Shown: positions 36,685 to 49,520, counted from the whole stretch's first letter. The stretch is 63,871 nt of DNA, filler included, from Hausera hauseri (GCA_046269625.1; 13 parts of 13 records of this genome joined end to end with filler, not necessarily neighbours in it), one strand, 5' to 3'. Numbers and translations: made by a program. Notes: generated from the letters alone by a model not told the origin.

Positions 36685-39514
36685 TCGTACTTTCGTTCAT
36701 TCGTTTGATCGGTCATTTGTTCGTTCGTTCTTTCGTTAGATCGATCGCTCGTTACTTCATTTGTTCATTACTATGTTTGTTCGTTCGTTCTTTCGTTTGT
36801 TCGATCGATCGACCGTTCGTTTGTTTGTTCATTCGTTCTTTCGTTCGTTCGTTCTTTCGTTCATTCGTACGTTCGCTCGTTCGTTCGTTCGTTCGTTAGT
36901 TCGTTCTTTCGTTCATTCTTTCGTTTGCTCTTTCGTTCGTTCTTTCGTTCGTTCGTTCGTTCTTTCGTTCGTTCGTTCGTTCGTTCGTTCGTTCGTTCGT
37001 TCATTTGTTCGTTCGTTCTTTCGTTCATTCGTTCGTTCGTTCCTTTTTTCGTTCGCTCGTTAGTTCATTCGTTCGTTCGTTTGTTATTTCTTTTGTTCCT
37101 TCATTCTTTCCTTCGATATTTCGTTCGTTTGTTCGTTCGTTCGTCCCTTCTTTCGCTCGTACGATCGTTCGTTTGTTCGTTCGTTTTTTTGTTCGTTCTT
37201 TCTTTCTTTCGTTCGATCGATCGACCATTTGTTCGTTTGTTTGTTCGTTCTTTCGTTTGTTCGTTCGTTCGTTCATTCGTACGTTCGGTCTTTTGTTCGT
37301 TCGTTCGCTCGTTTGTTCATTTGCTAGTTCGTTCATTCGTTCGTTCTTTTGTTCATTCGTTCGTTCTTTCGTTCGTTCGTTCGTTCGCTCGTTTGTTCGT
37401 TCATTATGTCGTTCGTTTATTCGTTCGATCGTTCGTTCACACGTTTGTTCGTTCGTTCTTTCTTTCATTCGTTCGTTCGTTTATTCGTTCGTTCGTTCTT
37501 TCGTTCATTCATTCGTTTGTTCGTTAGATCGTTCTTTCGTTCAATTGTTCTTTCGCCCGTTCGTTCATTCGTTTTTTCTTTCGTTCGTTCGTTCGTTCTT
37601 TCGTTCTTTCATTCATTCTTTCGTTTGTTCGTTAGATCGTACTTTCGTTCGATTGTTCGTTCGCTCGTTCGTTCATTCGTTCCTTCTTTCGTTCGTTCGT
37701 TCGTTCGTTCGTTCGTTCGTTCTTTCGTTTGTTAGATCGTTCCTGCTTTCGATCCTTTTTCCTTTGTTTCTTCGTTCTTTCTTGCGTTCCTTTGATCGAC
37801 CGATCGATCGTTCGTTTGTTCGTTCGTTCCTTTGTTCGTTTGTTCGTTTGTATGTCGTTTCGTTCGTTCGATCGTTCGTTCGCAAATTTGTTCGTTCGTT
37901 CGTTCTTTCATTCTTTTGTTCGTTCGTTAGTTCATTTGGTCGTTTTTTGTTCTTTCGTTCGTTCGTTTGTTCGCTCGTTTGTTCGTTCGTTCTTTTGTTC
38001 GTTAGTTCGCTCGATCGTTCGTTCGCGCGTTTGTTCGTTCGCACGATCGTTCATTGGTTCATTCTTTTGTTCGTTCGTTCGTTCGTTCCTGCGTTCGATC
38101 GTTTTTCCTTCGTTCATTCGTTCGTTCTTTCGTTCTTTCGTTCCTGCGTTCGATCGTTTTTCCTTCGTTCGTTCGTTCGTTCTTGCGTTCTGTCGATCGT
38201 TCGATTGATCGTTCGTTCGTTCGTTCTTTCGTCCGTTCCTTCGTTCCTTCGTTCTTTCGTTCGTTCGTTCTTTCGTTCTTTCGTTCATTTGTTCGTTCGT
38301 TCGTTCGTTCGTTCGTTCGTTCGTCCGTCCGTTCGTTCGTTCGTTCGTTCGTTCTTTCGTACGTTCGATCGATCGACCGTTCGTTCGTTTGTTCGTTCTT
38401 TCTTTCTTTCGTTCGTTCGTTCTTGCGTTCCTTCGATCGTTCGATCGATCGTTCGTTCGATCGTTCTTTTGTCCGTTCATTCGTTCCTTCGTTCTATCCT
38501 TCGCTCGTTTGTTCGCTCGTTTGTTCGTTCGTTATATCGTTCTTGCGTTTTATCGTTTTTCCTTCGTTCGTTCGTTCGTTCTCGCGTTCCTTCGATCGTT
38601 CGATCGATCGCTCGTTCGATCCTTCTTTTGTCCGGTCCTTCGTTCCTTCGTTTTTTCGTTCTTTCGTTCTTTCGTTCGTTCGTTCGTTCGCTCCTTTTTT
38701 CGTTCGTTCTTTCGTAGGTTTGTTCGCTCGATCGTTGGTTCGCACGTTTATTCGTTCGTTTGTTCTTTCGTTCGATCGTTCGTTCGTTCGTTCGTTCCTT
38801 AGATCGTTCTTTCGTTCGATTGTTCGTTCGCTCGTTCGTTCATTCGTTCCTGCATTCGTTCGTTCGTTCGTTCGTTCGTTCCTTTGTTCGTTCGTTAGAT
38901 TGTTCCTGCGTTCCATCGATTTTCCTTCGTTTGTTCGTTCGTTCTTGCGTTCTGTCGATCGATCGATCGATCGTTCGTTCGTTCGTTCATTCGTTCTTTC
39001 GTTTTTTCGGTCTTTCGTATTTTCGTTCGTTCGATCGTTCGTTCGCACGTTTGTTCTTTCGTCCGTTCCTTCGTTCCTTCGTTCGTTCGTTTTTTCGTTT
39101 GTTCGTTCCTTCTTTCGTTCGTTCGTTCGTTCTTTCATTTGTACGTTCGTTCATTCGTTCGTTCATTCACTCGTTTGTTTGTTCGCTAGTTCGTTCATTC
39201 GTTCGTTCTTTCGTTCATTCGCTTGTTCTTTCGTTCGATCGTTCGTTTGTTCTTTCGTCCGTTCCTTCGTTCCTTCGTTCTTTCGTTCGTTCGTTCTTTC
39301 GTTCATTTGTTCGTTCGTTCGTTCATTCGTTCGTTCGTCCGTGCGTCCGTTCGTTCGTCCGTTCGTTCGTTCGTTCGTTCTTTCGTACGTTTGATCTATC
39401 GACCGTTCGTTCGTTTGTTCGTTCTTTCTTTCTTTTTTTCGTTCGTTCGTTCGTTCCTGCGTTCGATCGTTTTTCCTTCGTTCATTCGTTCGTTCTTTCG
39501 TTCTTTCGTTCCTG
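36685..39514. repeat. Degenerate (TTCG)n/(CGAA)n simple-sequence array, about 2.8 kb
   Basis: Direct reading; accounts for all SFVR- and RTNE-repeat ORFs. Confidence 0.97.
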
Positions 39515-39614
39515 NNNNNNNNNNNNNNNNNNNNNNNNNNNNNNNNNNNNNNNNNNNNTTAATTAATTAANNNNNNNNNNNNNNNNNNNNNNNNNNNNNN
39601 NNNNNNNNNNNNNN
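39515..39614. other. Artificial contig spacer
   Basis: 44 N + TTAATTAATTAA + 44 N. Confidence 0.98.
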
Positions 39615-39818
39615 CAGTGATGGTAAAATGAATTTGTTTTCATATGGTTCGTCCTTTGCTGTTTTTGCTGCCACGGCACCGATACGCTTCAACGCCGGAA
39701 ATGCTAAACGTGCCAGTGTACGCAACCATCCACAGCCATACTGTTAACCAACGAAATACGGCAGTTCCCCATCTTGCTGGGGTTTACTGTAAATGTAAAC
39801 GATTTCAGAATCAATCAT
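39615..39818 (-). pseudogene. pVI/cupiennin-like virion protein, 5' part
   Basis: MIDSEIVYIYSKPQQDGELPYFVG*QYGCGWLRTLARLAFPALKRIGAVAAK. Confidence 0.65.
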
Positions 39819-40761
39819 GTTGTTGGTTTCGACTGAAATGAATAGTTAGACTGGTTGTGGTACTGTACGGAAATTCAAAAAAGTACCCCGCGTCACATTT
39901 GATATTCACTTCAACATTGTTTATATATGTAGATGACACAGGCAGGTACATTGGATTATCGAGCTTGAGAGTGATATTGTCGCCAGCAGTATACTTGATG
40001 CTTTCCGGATAAATTGCGCGGTGACGCCTCAAACCGATATTTTTCAAAACTCAATACGATGGCAAAAGCTTTGTCCAATGAAATGTCGACAGTATCCTTA
40101 GCCATTTCAAATTTAATGTGCCCATTTGCATCTGACTCGAAAACTCTAAATATCTCTTTGTACTTTTGATTTAAAGTGTTGACAGATATGTGCTACATAT
40201 TCGCACTAGACATTGTCTCCAATCGATACGTATGATGTTAACACCCTTTGTGCTGTATAGGTAAATTTCACCGTTGACTGGTAATGTATGGAACTTAATC
40301 TTGTAACAACTGCATATTCACTTCTAATATTTTTACTTTTGTACTCTATTTTTAAATCCAAATTTCTGCGCCATATCAGAAGACTCAAAGGTAACAGTAA
40401 ATTCAAAATTTGCCACAAAATGTAAGTTTTCCCCTAAAATAAAAACACCGATCCTGCCGCGTGAATCGTAATTTTCTTCGGTCGTGCAAATGGCCGATTC
40501 GCCAACTGTTATTTTATTGTTAGTAAGTGTCGGAGGACAAGAATGTGTTTTGGTTTAGGTGACAGTCTTGTTGTACTTTATTTTCATACTACCTTTCAAT
40601 ATCACCGGTGTGTAGGGAAAGTTAAATTCCGTCAGTGCAACCTCCCATTGTCCATCAAATAAATCCAAAGGATTGTTCCAATCTACAAGGTATTCACTGG
40701 CTGAATTGTTCGGACGAGTCGTCGGACAACTGTTGCTCGGCAACACCATGTAAATACTCAT
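39811..40761 (-). pseudogene. Minor capsid (penton-like) protein 2
   Basis: MSIYMVLPSNSCP..RPNNSASEY...GQWEVALTEFNFP ... NPMYLPV...TSLTIHF. Confidence 0.8.
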
Positions 40762-40799
40762 GATATCGATGGTGATGATCGTGATGAAGACGCAGTTTG

Positions 40800-41857
40800 T
40801 TTATTATCGACGTTGGCGACGTCGAAAATGTAATGTCAAATGTGTCGTTGACCCGAACAGAAATTTAATGGGTTTCCAAAATTCATCAAACATATACACG
40901 GAAATACTGTGCACAATATTGTGAGACAATTATAAGTACATGGGTCTGATCATAATAACGCGAACAGTTTCACCATATGTTTTGTACGTGTCAGAATCCA
41001 GTTCGATAGAAGCCAGTAGTTGTTTACGTTCTCCACCTACAAGCACGGATTCGGCTAAATCCGTTCAAATGTGGATTCTATAAAATGCTCCATAGAGTTG
41101 CGGTTTATATTTAGCAACAATAGATTATCCAACAATGGTTTGATAGAATTCGCGTTTTGAAAAACCCAGATTCCGAGCCAATAATTCATCAAAGTCAAAA
41201 TATGTAACATTGTCATGTAGTGTAAGCGAAATATGACCATCTGCGTCTATTTCATATGTCTGTACAGCTAATGTAGCCGTATTCTTAACGTATTTATACA
41301 ATTTCGGTTCCGTTTCCATAAATAAGTCATATGGTACAATATACGAGCGAAAGACTGATTCTGACCGAATACAGTTCACTACAACTGCGGCTGTCACATT
41401 ATAGGAAAGGTTTAATTTTCCATCAATTATAACATGTTTAATTAGCCGTAGACCCTTCGAGCGTACATTGACTAATTGAAAACCCCATGTCTGAGAATCA
41501 GCTATAGATTCAAATTGTAATTTCATGGGATGTCGATGTGTTAGTTTTATAAGGTAGTTTGAAAAATAAGCATAATTCAAGAAATTGTACCGCAAATAAT
41601 TGCGAAGAATACATTTGTTAGAGTCTCAGATTATCTGTAAACGGCTTGAAATAGGGTATTTTTCTAGTCATGTGAAGTAAATACCGCTTTTCTGACGTAT
41701 TGACTTAGGTGAAAATGTAAATGTGAATTCTGTCAGAGCCAATTCCCAGGTTCCCGTGCGTAATTTGCACGGTCGGTCCAAGTCCATGGTAAACCGTTCA
41801 GCTGTATTATTGTCATTCTGTGATGATGACGTGTCACAGTACCAAGTAAGTGTTCAT
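40800..41857 (-). pseudogene. Minor capsid (penton-like) protein 1
   Basis: GTWELALTEF ... FDFDELLARNLGF ... VLVGGERKQLL ... RPMYL ... LTLHFR. Confidence 0.75.
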
Positions 41858-42900
41858 CATTCAATTTGCAATGCAAATATCCAGCTAGGTTTGGTGTATT
41901 TGTGCCACTTGACAAGATATTGTTTAGTCGAACCTGTGCCGCGTGAACGTATCATTTCCTTAATACGATATACGTCGGGTTTCTCTGACAGTGCCTGAAG
42001 TTACTGTTTGTAGAATTTACCACGTGTCTCCTCACCATTCTCATCTTCCAAAACGTACATGGCGGGTGTTTGTTTTGTGTTGATTGCTGAAATTCGGAAA
42101 ACCTCATCACTCCAATTCTGATTGAAATTCTTGATAAATGGTGTTCAGCTCAGCTGCGAAATACGTATATAATCACCAATTCTATATTTCGGAAGACGAT
42201 TAACCTCATGTTGTCAGTTTTGGTAAAGCGACATGTCCATATCCATTGACTACATCCACCAGTCGCAATCCATTGATGCCACAATGTGTCGAATAATTGG
42301 ATGCATGGATAATATCCGGTGGTACATCTACCCAGCGTTTATTGCGCTGCTTGGTAAAGAATTTGTTCAGTCGGTTTGATTAAATCGTTCGCCCAGTGTA
42401 GCCTTGTATTGTGAATACACCGAGTAGTGGTTTACACCGAACCGCCTCAAAACCAATGCGACATGGGAGTTGTAAAATTCTTTACCCAAATCCATTTGTA
42501 CATGTTTCGGTGGTTGTTGTTGTTGTTGTTGTTCAATTAATCTGTGAACAGCGTCGGCAATCTCTTTACCGGATTTAGATTTCACGGCAATTGTACGTGA
42601 AAAACGACTAATACATGTCAGCACGTACCGATACCTATCGTTGATGCTGGTGTACGGAATCATTTTAATCAGATCCATTTACCATACATTATTTACACCT
42701 GCAGGATGATATGCATGAGATAGAAACCGCCTTCTTATCGGTTTGTTTAGGCTGTATGCTAACTGTTTCCCAAGCCAAGGTTGGGTTTGTCTCAAGCTCT
42801 GTTTGACAGTCTTTGCCAGTTTGTCGACACCAGTATATCCGACGAGATGACGCGGATCGAACTACACGTCACCAATCGTTGTCGTCGGTGTTGCCGATGA
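41857..42900 (-). pseudogene. rve integrase with chromodomain
   Basis: MDLIKMIPY...YRYVLTCI, VQMDLGKEFYN, ERFNQT, QYLVKWH. Confidence 0.88.
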
Positions 42901-43019
42901 TGTCGTTTTTGCTACCATTGCAGCAATTACAACAAAACGTTAATGAAAGATTCGGTAAACTGGGGCAAAATGATGAAAACCATGCATTCACATCGCTAAA
43001 TCATCGTCATTGTTTATAT

Positions 43020-43314
43020 TAAACTGTTCCACCAATGAGTTCACCCAGCAAAGACGTGACAATCGGTAGAATTATACCAAGGAATTCTCCGTCTTGCTGG
43101 TACATGACCTCTCGTTTCAGTAGTTTATTACATGCGTTGGCAAGGCCAATGAGTCGTTTTCGATACTTTAGCAAATTCCGCTTTCAACTACCAATGTCAA
43201 CGTGACCCAATCGTCTACTACGTATTGCGGGAATGATCGTAGAATGTTTTGCTTATGTTTAGTACGTGCCTTGAGCAAAGCAATAAAGTACGGTTGACTG
43301 CGTTTGAAACACAT
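43020..43314 (-). pseudogene. pX-like small core protein
   Basis: C-terminus VMYQQDGEFLGIILPIVTSLLGELIGGTV. Confidence 0.65.
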
Positions 43315-43585
43315 AATTGAATGATTGAATGAATGAATGAATGAACGAATATTGATGCATCGAATCGTAGTTGTTTATAATCGTTGACACCTTGACGGTA
43401 GCCTGCCTCTCGCTGCGGGTGTTGTTGTTCGAAGCACTGAATTGATCAATGGCTTAACTGTAGCGTTGCGTTTTGATGTATTTTATGCACGTTTCTTCGT
43501 CTTGAATACCTGTTTGGTTGGTTTACGTTTAACAAGTGTTTTTCAAAAATTCTTCATTTTCCTACTGCTACTATCGTGTCGATTA

Positions 43586-44201
43586 TTAAATTTGTTTACA
43601 GACATGTACACCTTTCTGATTGAAAATATCTGTTCATACACGCATGTCATCTGAACACTGTTGTGTAAAGTCAATAAACAGATATCCATGCAGTTTGCTC
43701 GTAGCATCATGATATGCACCTATCAAGTAGGCACGGTTGTGAGAAAATCTTGTCGTGCAACATAATCAATGATAGTCTGATAATAGAGATTTTTGAACAA
43801 CACCAAATAGTGTATGTTTAGATTTCTTGCTCGATGCTGTCTGTCCTGATGGAGCATGTTTTGCGTAATGAAAATAACCGTCACACCATTGTGTCGTGCA
43901 ATATTCGTGAACAGGTTGTTGAAGTCCAATTGTCTCGCGGCTTCCTGAAATAAATTGTCAATGACAATAACGTCACCGTTGCGTAATCACTCGGACCAGT
44001 TCTCGATTTTAATTTACAAAATTCCCGATGTGTCAAACCGGACTCACCATTATCACCAACACCCTGATGCAAGTAAATGTGATTGTACCGCGGTGAATGG
44101 AACATATTACGGTAGTTCTGCAATAGTTTACACACAAAGTGTGTTTTTCCACTTCCGCTGGGGCCTACAATCTCGAAAATTTCATCATTCTGCAGCTTCA
44201 T
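43586..44201 (-). pseudogene. A32/FtsK-like DNA-packaging ATPase
   Basis: Walker A GPSGSGKT, Walker B-like VIVIDN, RHNGVTVIFITQN, HYLVLFKN, HGYLFIDF. Confidence 0.9.
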
Positions 44202-44292
44202 CTAAATAATAATAATACAACCTTTCCTCACATGATTTGTTTATAATCGTGCTTCACACACATATATACATATAAATAGCTATAGTATAAAC

Positions 44293-44769
44293 ATTGTTTC
44301 CATAAAGTTAGCTAATATCAACTATCGCAGACATGTTACCGAGTATGACATCAACAAACTACCTTTTAATCAATGGAGGCCGAGGCAGTATATCCTCAAA
44401 TGTCCACCGGATTTTACGTGCATCATATTTCAATCGGGAAAGTGTCGTATTATGGGTTGTTGCAAACCAATCACATCTGACAGCAACAACAAACTACTGC
44501 CATTCGGAAATGTCATTGACCAAATCCAATCAATAACGGTAACGACTCAGTTAGACTGCCAATCAATCAATCTGTACAAATTAGCAGTGGCTACGGAATG
44601 TACATATGAACCGGACTTGTTTCCTGTATTGAGACTGACATTGTTTTGCCCACATTGCGTCAATGTGTTTAGCGGTGGAAAAATTGATGTACTCGGTATT
44701 CGGACAGCGGTCTATGAAACAATTATTAATCAAATTAAGAACCACAAATATTTTAGTGAATCAAAATAA
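44293..44769 (+). CDS. TATA-binding-protein-like protein (two repeats); no in-frame ATG at the apparent start
   Basis: Uninterrupted frame: NINY...TCIIFQSGKCRIMG (repeat 1) and INLYKL...YEPDLFPVL...VNVFSGGKIDVLG (repeat 2). Confidence 0.8.
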   Translation: MVSIKLANINYRRHVTEYDINKLPFNQWRPRQYILKCPPDFTCIIFQSGKCRIMGCCKPITSDSNNKLLPFGNVIDQIQSITVTTQLDCQSINLYKLAVATECTYEPDLFPVLRLTLFCPHCVNVFSGGKIDVLGIRTAVYETIINQIKNHKYFSESK

Positions 44770-45070
44770 TGTACTCTTCACAACAACAAAAAGCTATAAA
44801 TACCATACCCATCCCCATTCAGATATTACTGCCATGGAAGACGACGACAAAACGATTCTACTCAATGATGGTTATGAGAATGATGAAAGTTCAGATTGGT
44901 CGTGGTTGTCTGGCCCTAAAAGGATAATTCTAATGCCAAATTGCTGGAAAAGAAAACAGAACCAGTGCAAAAATTAGGAAATCGTAAGATAATTGTAATG
45001 GCGATGGAATGGAGAACGATTATGATGTCGATTATCAGGAAATAAAAAGGGAACTTGCTCAAAAATTATC

Positions 45071-45170
45071 NNNNNNNNNNNNNNNNNNNNNNNNNNNNNN
45101 NNNNNNNNNNNNNNTTAATTAATTAANNNNNNNNNNNNNNNNNNNNNNNNNNNNNNNNNNNNNNNNNNNN
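45071..45170. other. Artificial contig spacer
   Basis: 44 N + TTAATTAATTAA + 44 N. Confidence 0.98.
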
Positions 45171-45539
45171 CGCTTTCAAGCAAAATGGGAATCGTTACTA
45201 GGTGCTAACCACTATCAAAGAGTAACATCGGAAATACTGTGTAAAATGTGGGGAAGATTTTTCATTTTCGGACAAGCCGCATCTGGATTTTTAGCTATCT
45301 ACTTCTTAGTCCAATTATTTAAAGCAGTAATTCAAGTTATTATAAATGGATACGAAATATTCACATCAACAAGATTTTCCTGCAAAATTTTGACTGCAAT
45401 AATCACGCCTTTCGGGAAAATGCTAAAGGCTTACAAAGAAAATCGATGGAAGAATGACGTAGAGCGCCACGTCGGGTATTATAACCGAAAACGGCGAGGA
45501 AAGCCCTCGATTTTGTATAGACGTAAAATAAGAAAATAA
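45171..45539 (+). pseudogene. env: C-terminus of a chuvirus/herpes-gB-type envelope glycoprotein
   Basis: Open from the contig start: WESLLG...KMWGRFFIFGQAASGFLAIYFLVQLFKAVIQVIINGYEIF...FSCKILTAI. Matches the W..F..FG..S.G..GI..I...K......I.GY.....S..LL.AI membrane region I recall for chuvirus-like G. Confidence 0.62.
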
Positions 45540-45938
45540 CAATACGAAAGGATGATTCAGATGATGACGAGCCTAAGGGAGGAGAAGTGAGTTCCAGAAT
45601 AAAGATGTACAAGATGTACTTTGTGATTAATGCGCCATTACCCATCATGCCGCAAACAGCACCAATATATAAAGGCTACGACCGCAAATCGATTGTATCA
45701 TGTAGATCCGAAATCTATCAAAAGCTCATTAATTGTAAAGATCCTTATGAAAAAAACAAAACCATATAAAGTTCTAAGGAAAATGAACGTCATCAACGAA
45801 GAACCAACAGAAAACGACCACGGGATATTGTACTCAAAAAGGATACCGCGTCACATAGAATCGAAATCAACGATCTGAGAAAACCCAAAACTGTGTTCAC
45901 TACCTCATGAAACGCTCATTGACAGTCCCGCCAATGAG

Positions 45939-48900
45939 ATGGCAAATAATAATTTATACCCGAGCGGAGAATTAAGACAATTAAGAGAAAATATCATTTC
46001 ATTACCAGAAATAATGGTAAATGGACACAGGGTCTCTACGATAAAACAATCAAAAATAGCGTCGAATTGCTTCGGAACGGTAGTAGAAGGAAAACCTTTC
46101 GTTAAAATACACATCGAAGATTGAGAAGTCTATGCCTTAGTGGACACGGGATCAGAAAAGTCTTTTATAAAATACGAATCAATACCAACCACACTACGGG
46201 AACAATTGTGCCCACCGTTATTATCGGATCCTGGTAGCATAGGAGCATTTTGGCAAATATCGAAGCCAAAATTTAAGTGGACTCCTACCGTTTATATGAT
46301 GGGCCAAGCACTTCAACATGAGTTTGCAATAATGAACCAGTTAACAGACGATGTAGTAATAGGTTGCGATATATTGAAACAGATACCATGCATGGCAATC
46401 GATGTGCATAATGGAAAACTAATTGAGATCTAACCAATAAGAGGGACAAAAGTAATAAAGAAAAGGAAATCGGACGAAGTATGGATTCCAGTAGACGAGG
46501 ACATTCCGCCCAGAACTGAAATAATAACTTTTGCACAGATTCGTCAAGACGAAGATCTACCGATATATTTCGAACCTCAAGAAAATATCGATTCAAACCT
46601 CATGCTTAGTAATATTCTATGCAGAGTAGTGACGGGACGAATACCTTTTAGATTAGTGAACTATGCACCAACTCCAGCGAGATTGCACGCTAAAACTACT
46701 TTAGGTCACACCTGCACAGTATCGGCAATAACAGTAGAAGAAAAACCATATAAGTGCGCTGAATTTCCATCTCACGTCAAAACCAAATTCTCTCCTGAAG
46801 CGTATTGCAAGTTCTACGAATTATTATGTAAATACAGTTTGATAATGGCACAAATTGAAGAATATATCGGTAGAGCCAAAGCCCTATGACTAACGATTCT
46901 GTTGAGAAAGAAGCCCGGCTCGAATGACGAAATCGACATAGAAGAGCAGAAAATACCCAAATAGTACCCACCTCCACATTTGTTGAGATCAGAAATAACT
47001 AAAGAAGTAGAACGAATGTTAAAGGCCGACATAATTCGACCAAGCTACCGATCATGGTACTCACCTATACTAATGGTTAAAAAAAAGGAACCACGAAACA
47101 TCGATTTTACATAGACTATCGGGCATTAAACACTCTGATGATGAAAGACTCGTTTCCTCTACCGTCAGTAAAGGAAGCTTTAAATAGATTATCAGGAGCT
47201 AAATGGTTTACCACTCTCGACTTACAATTGGAATACTGGGAAGTGGAAATCAAAGAAGAAGATCGATATAAGACAGTTTTAAAACACACGATGGCGTATA
47301 AGAATTTAATGTTATGCCTTTCGGTATCACCATTGGACCAGCTATTTTCACCAGAATGATGAATAAAATGCTTATGAAACTCGATCATGCATTCGCATAC
47401 TGAGACGACGTGATGATAGCATCAAAAGCGGAGGAGGAACACTTAAAGGACATTGAAGATACGCTCATGCGCCTGGAACAAGCACGGCGGAAATTAAATC
47501 CAAAGAAATGGAAATTGGCACAAAATGCAGTATCATATCTCGGACATATAGTAGGAGAAGGAGGATCAAAACCGGATAAATCTTTGCTAAATAAATAATC
47601 CGATTTTATGGAACCTCAAAATCAAAAAGAGTTAAGACATTGGCTAGGCTTATGTGGATACTATGCTACTTACGTACCAGACAATTCGAAAATTAACGCG
47701 CCATTATATCTCCTGCTCAAGAAAGGAACTAAATGGAAATAGACGGAGGTGGAACAAAAAGCATTCAACGAAATGAAGAAAATTTTGACAAGCGAACCAA
47801 TTCTAAGATACCCGGATTTTAACCTACCATTCATCATTAAAACAGATGCAAGTAAAGAAGGTATAGGATATGAATTATCTCAAAAACGTGAAAACGAAGA
47901 AATAGAACATCCGATAACCTATGGAAAACGTTCGCTGAAGAAAGCAGAAAAAAATTATTCGGTTACCGAATTAGAAAAATTAGCCGTAAAAGAAGCACTA
48001 CGACACTTTAATGTCTATATCTACAGAGAAAAGATTATCATAGTAACCGACCACAATGAAGTTACGACATTGAAAGGACGAGCTAATAACACGACATGTA
48101 AACTGAATCGTTGGATTAAAGAAATTTCTCGATATAACATCGAACCCGATATAAAAAAGGCAACAAACACGTCGACGCCGATGCACTGTCAAGACTTAAG
48201 ACAAAAACGAGCGCAATAACCATAAATAAAAAGCCACAATTCGAACAACTGATCGAACAACAAAGAACTCTAATAATGGACAAGACGATTAGAATTACAG
48301 CCGAACAAGCTAAGGATAAGATTATTCAGCAAATTGTTGAGTTCGCACAAAACGTCAAGAAGCCCAAAGAACGACAATTGAAGAAGCATCTACAGAAACA
48401 GGGACATAAATATCGCGCATTGAACCAAGATAATATCCTATATTACGAACGGAAAGGGAGAAGATTAATAGTTATTCCTAAGGAATTACACGTCGAAGTA
48501 CTCATGGTTGAACATGCTTCATATTTAGCCGTACATATGTCTTAGTAGAAAACCTCGGAAAGTATATTAAATAAATACTATTGTCCAAGCATTTATATCG
48601 ATGTAAAGAATTGGGTAAGTGCTTGCAAAGTTTATGCAACAAAACAAAGGAAAACAAAAGGCTACATAGCAGAGTTAAACCCATAAACGTACCGGATAGG
48701 CCCATGCAAGCTATGTCCATGGATATAGTGGGACCCTTGCTTAAAACTTACAAAAATAACAGATATGTCCTAACATGCATGGATCGGTTAACGCATTTCG
48801 TCTAACTGGTGGCACTATTAGATCAAAAGGCAGAAACTTTAGCCGATGCAGTGGTAAGAAAAATCATCTGCAGATACGGACCACCAGGACAAACTATAAC

Positions 48901-49520
48901 GGATAGAGGAAGAAACTTCACAAGCGAGTTATTCTAAAAAATTACCAAGATATTTGAAATCGAACGTTTAACCACTACCGCGTACCACCCCCAATATTAT
49001 GGAGTGGTCGAACGAATGAACGCAAAGATCATTCGTATATTATCAACAGTAATGGCCAAGGACCAAAAAGATTGGGACGAATTCCTAGAAAGAACACAGT
49101 TTGCGTTTAACACAACACATCCGGCAACAGGATTTAAGCTGTTTTTTATGATATATTGACGAAAGGCAATTTTACCCGCAGATCTAAGCATGACACCGTA
49201 TGAAAGAACCCTCAAAGATTTAAAGCAGAACTTTGCCGAAGTCTTACAGACAAAATTGCAAAAATGCTGGGAAGTTGCAAAAACATTATCACTTGAATAC
49301 CAGGAACAACTTAAAGACAATATGATTAAAAGACTAAACCTCATGATTTCGAAAAGGGAAATTGGGTTTATATACATTACCCAGTCGCAAAGAAAGGTAC
49401 TTCCTTAAAATTAACACGTACCGGAAGAGAACCGTACGAAATCATACGCACGACGCTAACCACCGTCTATATTAACAAAAACGGTAAAGAGGAAGTCATG
49501 TCAATCCAAAGAGTAGTTAA
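45939..49520 (+). pseudogene. pol: Ty3/Gypsy pol (protease, dUTPase-like spacer, RT, RNase H, integrase)
   Basis: ALVDTGSEKSFI, WFTTLDL, IKTDASKEGIG, YSVTELE, MDIVGPL, KLTRTGREPY. Confidence 0.92.

Larger units (their letters stand above)
39615..45070. mobile_element. Maverick/Polinton (adintovirus-like) element, copy B, partial and decayed
   Basis: Collinear with 1-4437, and additionally includes the full ATPase, a divergent TBP-like gene and an acidic ORF start. Confidence 0.88.

Noticed and set aside
36627-39570. Long ORFs of up to 570 aa (SFVR and RTNE repeats)
   Set aside because: Artefacts of the stop-poor (TTCG)n array; no coding complexity.
46480-46720. dUTPase-like segment between protease and RT (also about 19490-19710)
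   Set aside because: Catalytic motifs are absent and such spacers are common in Gypsy pol; not treated as an enzyme or a novelty.
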